Positions 58,042 to 64,000 of a stretch of DNA of 64,000 bases are shown here, piece after piece. Each line of letters opens with the position of its first letter. Positions within the stretch are counted from its first letter, which is position 1. This DNA comes from Candidatus Spongiisociaceae bacterium (GTDB taxonomy: Bacteria > Actinomycetota > Acidimicrobiia > Spongiisociales > Spongiisociaceae). Under the pieces are notes generated by a model. That model was not told the DNA's origin. It made no database searches and saw nothing but the letters and a program-made list of their open reading frames with translations. The stretch is taken from positions 123,646-187,645 of the forward strand of contig OZ241841.1 in the NCBI GenBank assembly GCA_965202665.1, read 5' to 3'. The translations under genes were made by a program, and so were the position numbers.

Positions 58042-59979
58042 TCAGACGCGGGCCGGGACGGCGACCGGCTCATACAGGGTGTTGCGACGGCGGGGAATGC
58101 GCCCCAGGGAGAGAATCAACTCTTCGAAACGCCCCCCGTCCACTTCTTGGCCGTGGGAGGCCCCCGCCGCCCGGGAAATGGTTTCGTTCATCAAAGTGCC
58201 GCCCAAATCGTTGCATCCCGCCTCCAGCAACCGGGCGCCTCCCTCCAGCCCCAGTTTCACCCAGGAAGCCTGGATGTTGGGGATCAGCCCGTCGAAGGCC
58301 AGGCGGGCCGCGGCGTGCACCAGAACCACCTCGTCCCAGGTGGGACCGGGCCGGGCCCGGCCCCGCAGGTAGATGGGGGCGGCCATGTGCACGAACGGCA
58401 ACGGCACGAACTCGGTGAAACCGCCGGTGCGGCGCTGTATTTCCCGCAACGTCTCAAAATGGTTGGCCCACGCCGCCGGATCGTCGATGTGGCCGAACAT
58501 TATGGTGGCCGTGGAGCGCAGGCCCAGATCGTGGGCGGTGAGCATCACCTCCGCCCACTGGGCGGTGCGTATCTTGTCGGGGCACAAGTGCTTCCGCACC
58601 CGGTCGTCCAGAATTTCGGCCGCGGTGCCCGGCAAAGTGCCCAGCCCGGCCCCGGCCAGCATTTCCAGAAAAGCCCGCACCGGCATCCCCAGGGTTTCCG
58701 CCCCCTGCCACACTTCCAGCGGCGTGAACCCGTGCACGTGCATGTCGGGCGCGGCCCGTTTGATGGCCTCCAACACATCGACGTAGAACCTTCCGGTGAA
58801 CTCGGGATGGATGCCCCCCTGCAGGCACACTTCGGTGGCCCCCCGCTCCGCCGCCTCCAAAGTGCGCTCCACCACCTCCTCCACGCTCATCAGATAAGGG
58901 TCGCCCCGCAGGTTGAGGCTGCGGGGGCCTTTGGAGAAGGCGCAGAACCCGCACCGGAAATAGCAGATGTTGGTGTAGTTGATGTTGCGGTTCACCACAT
59001 AGGTGACCTCCTCCCCCACCCGCTGGGAGCGCAACCGGTCGGCCGCCCAGGCCACCGCGTCCACATCCCGGCCGCGGGCGGACAGTAACCGGGCGACTTC
59101 GGCCGTCGACGGGGGCGTCCCCTGCAGGGAGTTCTCCAAAACGGCCCGCACCGGCCGGGAGGCATCCTCCAAGCCGCCTCCCTCCGCCCCGCTCCAAGCG
59201 GCGTCCGGCCAGGCGGCGGAGAAACGGCGCGGGTTGAGGGGGGGCGGCAGGGGGGCGCCGGGGGCCCAGGAATAGCGGGGGCGGGCGAACCCGGAGCCGT
59301 CCGCCTGGTCCAGGTAAACCTTGAACAGGGCGGGCGGCAACTCCCGCCGCGCCTCGTCCACCGGCAGGCCGGGGGGGAATGCGGTGCGTTCCTCCAACGC
59401 CAACGGCTCCGGCTCCGCGGCCAGGGCGTCCCGCAACTGGCCGATCCGCTCCGCGTCCCAGTCCCGCAACAGTAAATCGCCCGCACCGGCCCGCACCGCC
59501 GCCAAACCGTCCGGGACCGAATCGGCGAACACCGAAACCCGGGCCCGGATGGCGGGCAGTCCGGCCAGCTCCGCCGCCTCCGCCGCCCGGCTGCGGCCGG
59601 TGCGCAGAAAGGCGGCTTCAGCGCGGGCCAAAGCGTCGATGGCCGCCGCCCGATCCCCGCCGTGCGTCACCGAAAGGCGCCATCCGGGGACGCCTTGCTC
59701 CGACAATTCCACAGCGGCCGCGGGCGGGACCACCCAGGCGGCAACCTCCGTCTCCCCCCCGGCCGGGCCGTCCTTTCCCACCGGCAACACCCCTCCCGCC
59801 AGGCAGGCGTCGGCCGCCTCCGGGCCGGGCCGCTCCAGTTCCACGGCGGTGGTGCCCTCCGCCCGGCGGGTGCGGGCCCCCTCTTCGGTCATCTCCGCCG
59901 CGGGGCGCACCCGCAGAAAAGTTATTACCGTCCGTTGCGGGCCGTCGCCGGCGTCAGGTTGGAAAAAATTGGCCGTCAC
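58042..59979 (-). CDS. cofH: FO synthase subunit 2 (CofH-type radical SAM) with a long N-terminal extension
   Basis: The C-terminal ~355 aa carry VTYVVNRNINYTNICYFRCGFCAF, and the rest of the CofH pattern follows. The preceding ~285 aa are open in the same frame. That frame starts at a GTG overlapping the cofG stop (GTGA). Confidence 0.8.
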   Translation of the reverse strand: MTANFFQPDAGDGPQRTVITFLRVRPAAEMTEEGARTRRAEGTTAVELERPGPEAADACLAGGVLPVGKDGPAGGETEVAAWVVPPAAAVELSEQGVPGWRLSVTHGGDRAAAIDALARAEAAFLRTGRSRAAEAAELAGLPAIRARVSVFADSVPDGLAAVRAGAGDLLLRDWDAERIGQLRDALAAEPEPLALEERTAFPPGLPVDEARRELPPALFKVYLDQADGSGFARPRYSWAPGAPLPPPLNPRRFSAAWPDAAWSGAEGGGLEDASRPVRAVLENSLQGTPPSTAEVARLLSARGRDVDAVAWAADRLRSQRVGEEVTYVVNRNINYTNICYFRCGFCAFSKGPRSLNLRGDPYLMSVEEVVERTLEAAERGATEVCLQGGIHPEFTGRFYVDVLEAIKRAAPDMHVHGFTPLEVWQGAETLGMPVRAFLEMLAGAGLGTLPGTAAEILDDRVRKHLCPDKIRTAQWAEVMLTAHDLGLRSTATIMFGHIDDPAAWANHFETLREIQRRTGGFTEFVPLPFVHMAAPIYLRGRARPGPTWDEVVLVHAAARLAFDGLIPNIQASWVKLGLEGGARLLEAGCNDLGGTLMNETISRAAGASHGQEVDGGRFEELILSLGRIPRRRNTLYEPVAVPARV

Positions 59980-61127
59980 GCGTACTCCCGTTCTCTCTCC
60001 CGCACCAGAGCGTAGCCGCGCCGGTCGCCGGCCCCCCTGACTTTATCCAGCAAGCCGGGGGCGATCCACTCCCCGGTCGCAAACTCGGGATAAACCGGCA
60101 ACCGGGGGACCAACTCGAACCCGGCGGCGGCGGTGCGGGCGGCCAGCTCGTCCAGGTGCGGCCAGGGGGCCTCCGGGTTCACCCAGTCGATGGTCAAAGG
60201 GGACACCCCGCCCCAGTCGTTGATCCCCGCCTGCAGATACGACTCGTAACTTTCCGTCAGGTTGGGCGGAACCTGCAGGTTGACCTCCGGCCCCATTATC
60301 CAGCGGGCGGCCGCTACCGTCCGGGCGAACCAGGCCGGAACCGGTTCCGCGGCGCGGCGCATGCGGGTGTCGGCTTTGGCCCGGAAGTTCTGCACGATCA
60401 CCTCCTGGATGTGCCCGTAGCGTCGGCTGAGGCCGCGCAGGGCCAGCAGGCTGTCCACGATCTCGGAGGGGGTTTCCCCGATGCCCACCAGAATACCGGT
60501 GGTGAAAGCCACCCGGGAACGGCCCGCCGCCTCCAAAACGGCCATCCTGGTGCGCGGGTCCTTGTCCGGGCATTCGAAGTGGGGCATGCCCGGCTCCATG
60601 AGACGCGGGGAAATGTTTTCCAGCATCATCCCCATGGAAACGTTGGTCGGGCGCAGGGCCAGCAGTTCCGGCTCGGACATCACCCCCGGGTTGGCGTGCG
60701 GAAAAAGGGCCGTCTCCTCCGCTATCAGCCGGGAAATGGCAACCACGTACTCCATGGTGGTTTCGCATCCCCGCTCCGCTAAAAACTCCCGGGCCTGCGG
60801 CCAGCGCAGTTCGGGGCGGTCGCCCAAAGTGAGCAGGGCCTCGGTGCATCCGGCCGCCTCCCCCGCCCGGACGATGGACAGAACCTCCTCCGGGGTCAGA
60901 AACTGGCCGCCCGCCCCCGGCGGTTTGGCGAAGGTGCAGTAGGCGCAGGTGTCCCGGCACAGGGTGGTGAGCGGCACGAACACCTTCCGGCTGTAAGTGA
61001 CGATGCGCCCTTTGCCCTGATCGCGCAAATCCCGGGCGCAACGGAAAAGGGGGGCGGGGTCGGCGGAGCCGTCTAAGTAGGCGACGGCCAAGTCGCGATC
61101 GACGGGGGGATGAGCCATTGCCCCCAA
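59976..61127 (-). CDS. cofG: FO synthase subunit 1 (CofG-type radical SAM)
   Basis: VFVPLTTLCRDTCAYCTF, GILVGIGE and NDWGGVSPLT are present. The protein is 383 aa (the start could be at 61118). Confidence 0.85.
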   Translation of the reverse strand: MGAMAHPPVDRDLAVAYLDGSADPAPLFRCARDLRDQGKGRIVTYSRKVFVPLTTLCRDTCAYCTFAKPPGAGGQFLTPEEVLSIVRAGEAAGCTEALLTLGDRPELRWPQAREFLAERGCETTMEYVVAISRLIAEETALFPHANPGVMSEPELLALRPTNVSMGMMLENISPRLMEPGMPHFECPDKDPRTRMAVLEAAGRSRVAFTTGILVGIGETPSEIVDSLLALRGLSRRYGHIQEVIVQNFRAKADTRMRRAAEPVPAWFARTVAAARWIMGPEVNLQVPPNLTESYESYLQAGINDWGGVSPLTIDWVNPEAPWPHLDELAARTAAAGFELVPRLPVYPEFATGEWIAPGLLDKVRGAGDRRGYALVREREREYA

Positions 61128-61196
61128 ATATACCAGAGGGGGACGGCCGCCCGCCGGTCATAGGTCGCAGGTCATAGGGTCTTGTAAAATGACGAT

Positions 61197-62162
61197 ATGA
61201 AGATGACGCGGACGCGCAGATTATGGCTTGTGACGGCAACGGCGCGGCTGTTGACCCTGTTGGCCCTTTTGACGACACTGGCCTGCGGACAGGAGGCCGC
61301 CGACCCCCCCGCCTCCGATGTCGCGCCAACCACCTCCGCCGCCCCCGCTACCTCCGCCGCCCCCGCACCCGCCACCGTTGCGACCTTGGCCGAGATTGCG
61401 ACCACCGCCCAGGCCCCCCCGCCGCCGGTGTGCGGCGGACCGGGCGACGGGTTCGTCTCCGAAGGCTTGGTCGCCTGGCTGGGATCCGCCAACGGGGACG
61501 CCTCCCACGTTTCCGGCATTTTCCTGGAACAGGTGGAAGAATGCGAGCGGCTGCGGGTGACGTTGACCGCGGCCGGCGGAGCCCCGGCCACCGCCCTGCC
61601 GCTGGCGGAAGTGGAACTGATCCCCGAAGCCGGCCTGCTGCGGGCCCGTTTCGACCCGGAAGTGTGGAGCACCTCCATCACTGACACCCTGCTGGAAGGG
61701 GAACTAGTGGAACGGGTGTACGTGGTGCGGGGCTTGGACGGACGCAAGTTCGTGGACGTCCACCTGTCCGAAGGGGTGGACGCCCGGGCCATGGCCGGCG
61801 ACGACCCTTCGCATGTGCTCATAGACTTCCGGCGCAACGACGCCCCGCTCGCCTCCCGGCCCGCCGTCTCCCGATTCACGGTGGTTACCGGCCCGACGGG
61901 GGGACGGGCCTCCTATCCCATCGCCGTGAACGGCTACTCCCGCACTTTTGAAGCCAACGTGGTCGGGTTCGTAACCCGCAACGGCGAAGACGGGGAAACC
62001 TACTTCACGTCCGCCGCCGACTACATAGCAACCTGGGGGGAGTTCCGACTGGCGGTGGAGGACGGACCCGCCGGGGAAGCGGTCCTGAACGTGGGCGACT
62101 ACGACGCGGAAGACGGCGAATGGCAGGGGGTGGCGATCAACCTGACGGTTGGCAATGGTTAA
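61197..62162 (+). CDS. putative lipoprotein with a C-terminal Ig-like (Gmad2-like) domain
   Basis: The signal peptide has the lipobox LLTTLAC, followed by a Pro/Ala/Thr linker. The C-terminal pattern YPIAVNGYSRTFEANV......WGEF is present. The domain name is tentative. Confidence 0.5.
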   Translation: MKMTRTRRLWLVTATARLLTLLALLTTLACGQEAADPPASDVAPTTSAAPATSAAPAPATVATLAEIATTAQAPPPPVCGGPGDGFVSEGLVAWLGSANGDASHVSGIFLEQVEECERLRVTLTAAGGAPATALPLAEVELIPEAGLLRARFDPEVWSTSITDTLLEGELVERVYVVRGLDGRKFVDVHLSEGVDARAMAGDDPSHVLIDFRRNDAPLASRPAVSRFTVVTGPTGGRASYPIAVNGYSRTFEANVVGFVTRNGEDGETYFTSAADYIATWGEFRLAVEDGPAGEAVLNVGDYDAEDGEWQGVAINLTVGNG

Positions 62163-62174
62163 ACCGGCGCCCCT

Positions 62175-62723
62175 TTAGCCGTCCGGGGAGGGGAACAACC
62201 CCGGGAAGTCCTCCATCCGCAGCCACCCCCCGGCCAGGTTTATCTCCGGTATCAGCGACTCCACGAACGGAACCTCCCCCACCGACCCGTCCCGGCGGGT
62301 TACCACCAGGCGGTCCTGGCGGCCCGTCACCATATCGGTGACCCGCCCGATTTCCTCCTCCCCCATCCGCACCGCCAACCCCACCAGGCTGTCCGGCCAG
62401 AACTCCCCCGGCCCCAGGGCCCGCCGCTCCTGCGGCCTGATCCACAATTCGCGTCCCATAAGGCGGGCCGCCGCCCGCCTGGTGGTCACCCCGGCGAAGG
62501 AAACTATCAGGCCTTTGGGACCGGGACGGGCGGTACGCAACACCAAGGTGGGGAACTCCGGATGGTCGGTGTGGAAAGAAGCCGGAGGTTGGAAACGCTG
62601 CGGGAAGTCGGAGTCGGGGCGTACCGCCACCTCGCCGCCCGTCCCGTGCGGACGGCCGATGCGCCCCACCGCCACCCGCGCACGCCCCCCGTCCGCCGGC
62701 CCGGGGCGGCCGGTTTCAGTCAA
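62175..62723 (-). CDS. rimM: 16S rRNA processing protein RimM
   Basis: VGRIGRPHGTGGEV is present, with a PRC barrel at the C-terminus. The position after the KH protein and rpsP fits rimM. Confidence 0.85.
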   Translation of the reverse strand: MTETGRPGPADGGRARVAVGRIGRPHGTGGEVAVRPDSDFPQRFQPPASFHTDHPEFPTLVLRTARPGPKGLIVSFAGVTTRRAAARLMGRELWIRPQERRALGPGEFWPDSLVGLAVRMGEEEIGRVTDMVTGRQDRLVVTRRDGSVGEVPFVESLIPEINLAGGWLRMEDFPGLFPSPDG

Positions 62724-62964
62724 CGAAGTCGACCCGGGAGGTCAGTCCTTCCTCTTCGGCGGCCGCTTGGGCCACCGACCGGATGGCGCGGGCCACCCGG
62801 CCGCCGCGGCCTATCACCCGCCCCATCTCGGAGCGGGCCGTTCTCACCTCGGCCGCCACCTCGTCGGGGCCGCGGTCCACCATGGCGATCTCCACCGAAT
62901 CGGCGTCGTCCACGATCTCCGTCACCACGTACCGGACCACCCGTTCCACTATTTCGCCGCTCAT
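62716..62964 (-). CDS. KH-domain RNA-binding protein (UPF0109/YlqC-like)
   Basis: The 82-aa protein has a GxxG-type motif ([15 protein letters not shown]). It lies between rpsP and rimM. Confidence 0.8.
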   Translation of the reverse strand: MSGEIVERVVRYVVTEIVDDADSVEIAMVDRGPDEVAAEVRTARSEMGRVIGRGGRVARAIRSVAQAAAEEEGLTSRVDFVD

Positions 62965-63629
62965 ATCGCTTTCTCTTCTTTCTCTTGTGTGTCTTTTACT
63001 TCTTGTGCGTCTTGCGTCTGTTCAGTCGGCTCGGCTGAAGCCTCCGGGGGGTCCTCCCCGACCGGCCGGGGAGCGGGCTCCCCGGCGTCAAAGGCCTCCT
63101 CCGCAACCTCGGTTTCCTCGGTTTCCTCTGCTTCTTTTGCTTCGTCCATCGGGGAGGGCTCCGGGGAATCCGCGGGCTCTGCGGGAACCTCCCCGCCAGC
63201 CTCCGGTTGCGTTTCCGACTGCTCCGCGGCGGGTTCTTCCCTGATTGCTTGGGTTTCCTGGGATTCCGCCTTGGTTTCCTCCTGGGATTCCACCGCCTCC
63301 TGCCCAACGGGCTTCTCCGCGGCGGGCGGGGCGGGCGGCGGGTCGTCGTCCAAGCGGTAGACGCCGCTGCGGGACACTTTGGCCCGGGCCACCGCCCCGG
63401 AAATCTCCAAGAGTTTCCTCACCCGGTCGGTGGGCTGGGCGCCGGTGGACAGCCAATACTGCGCCCGCTCGTTGTCGATTTCCACCAGCGACGGCTCCTG
63501 CCGGGGGTCGTAACGGCCCAGCCGTTCAATGATGCGCCCGTCGCGGGGAGAGCGGGAGTCGGCCACCACCACCCGGTAGGTGGGTTGCTTCTTCTTGCCC
63601 ATTCTTTTCAGGCGGATTTTGACCGCCAT
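62961..63629 (-). CDS. rpsP: 30S ribosomal protein S16 with a ~135-aa acidic low-complexity C-terminal tail
   Basis: [39 protein letters not shown] is present. From about residue 90 the protein is an E/P/A/T/Q-rich tail. Confidence 0.9.
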   Translation of the reverse strand: MAVKIRLKRMGKKKQPTYRVVVADSRSPRDGRIIERLGRYDPRQEPSLVEIDNERAQYWLSTGAQPTDRVRKLLEISGAVARAKVSRSGVYRLDDDPPPAPPAAEKPVGQEAVESQEETKAESQETQAIREEPAAEQSETQPEAGGEVPAEPADSPEPSPMDEAKEAEETEETEVAEEAFDAGEPAPRPVGEDPPEASAEPTEQTQDAQEVKDTQEKEEKAI

Positions 63630-63632
63630 GGA

Positions 63633-64000
63633 TCACCTCTTTTTCTTGTGCTGTTTTTTCGGGGTGCGGGGTTTGCCGCCCGTAGGACGCGCCTCCCGCC
63701 GCACCGCTGGCTGGCGCCGCCGTCCGCGGCCCAAAGGCCGGGGAAGGCCCCGCTCTTCTCCGGGCCAGCCGAAGTCGGGGGCTTCGTCCCCGATCACGGC
63801 GGGCAGCATTTTGCGCATTTTGTCAAACTGCCGCAACATGGCCGACACTTCCTGAACCGAAGTTCCGGAGCCGGCGGCGATGCGGCGACGGCGGCTGCCG
63901 TCTATCAGTTTAGGGTTTTTTCGTTCGGACGGGGTCATGGAGAAGATGATGGCCTCCGTACGCCGCGACTCCCGCTCCGCCGCCTCCACATCCACCGACG
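63633..64000 (-). CDS. ffh: signal recognition particle protein Ffh, C-terminal M domain (gene runs off the right edge)
   Basis: ...IIFSMTPSERKNPKLIDGSRRRRIAAGSGTSVQEVSAMLRQFDKMRKM... is followed by a basic tail. The frame is open to the window edge. Confidence 0.85.
   Translation of the reverse strand, partial: SVDVEAAERESRRTEAIIFSMTPSERKNPKLIDGSRRRRIAAGSGTSVQEVSAMLRQFDKMRKMLPAVIGDEAPDFGWPGEERGLPRPLGRGRRRQPAVRREARPTGGKPRTPKKQHKKKR

Overview
The window is a roughly 70% G+C bacterial chromosome segment (hand counts on sample lines). Its backbone lies almost entirely on the minus strand and follows actinobacterial-type housekeeping synteny. Reading left to right, the blocks are: the lexA-like 3' end; dapF-miaA-miaB-rny; recA-thpR-cinA-rimO; ftsK-rnj-dapA-sixA-M23 peptidase; MoxR/VWA; trkAH; proB-obg-rpmA-rplU-rne; rodA-mrdA-mreDCB; ndk-folC; four tRNAs; MFS-alkD-lepB-rplS-trmD; cofH-cofG; and rimM-KH-rpsP-ffh.

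AT-richer accessory insertions break this backbone:
- (i) At 6.3-8.8 kb, an MT-A70 methyltransferase / DUF5131 three-Cys protein / TcmP cassette sits directly downstream of a recA gene that has a LexA box in its promoter.
- (ii) At 14.9-25.5 kb, a five-cistron operon with overlapping start/stop codons encodes an ABC-type AAA ATPase, a DUF4276-like protein, hsdM, hsdS and hsdR. Here hsdM is frameshifted and carries a C13 tract. Three orphan genes, an IS481-type remnant and hicBA follow.
- (iii) An mntA/hepT toxin-antitoxin pair lies at 39 kb.
- (iv) An IS481 remnant and an orphan hicB lie at 0.1-1.1 kb.

Other structure not explained by the gene calls:
- Two ~190-nt direct repeats, ~96% identical with a 250-nt period, lie in a 620-nt non-coding gap at 32.2-32.6 kb. 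They carry a reiterated TTCGCGTTC motif and a G4-prone tract.
- A tightly packed four-gene operon couples two unknown small proteins to MoxR/VWA.
- FO synthase is split into cofG and cofH. cofH has a ~285-aa N-terminal extension, and the pair is inserted into the rimM-trmD ribosomal operon.

No rRNA, CRISPR array, integrase or intact transposase was seen. All family names come from reading motifs in the supplied translations; no database search was possible. The ORF track contains many long antisense or off-frame shadow ORFs typical of high-GC DNA, and these were discarded.
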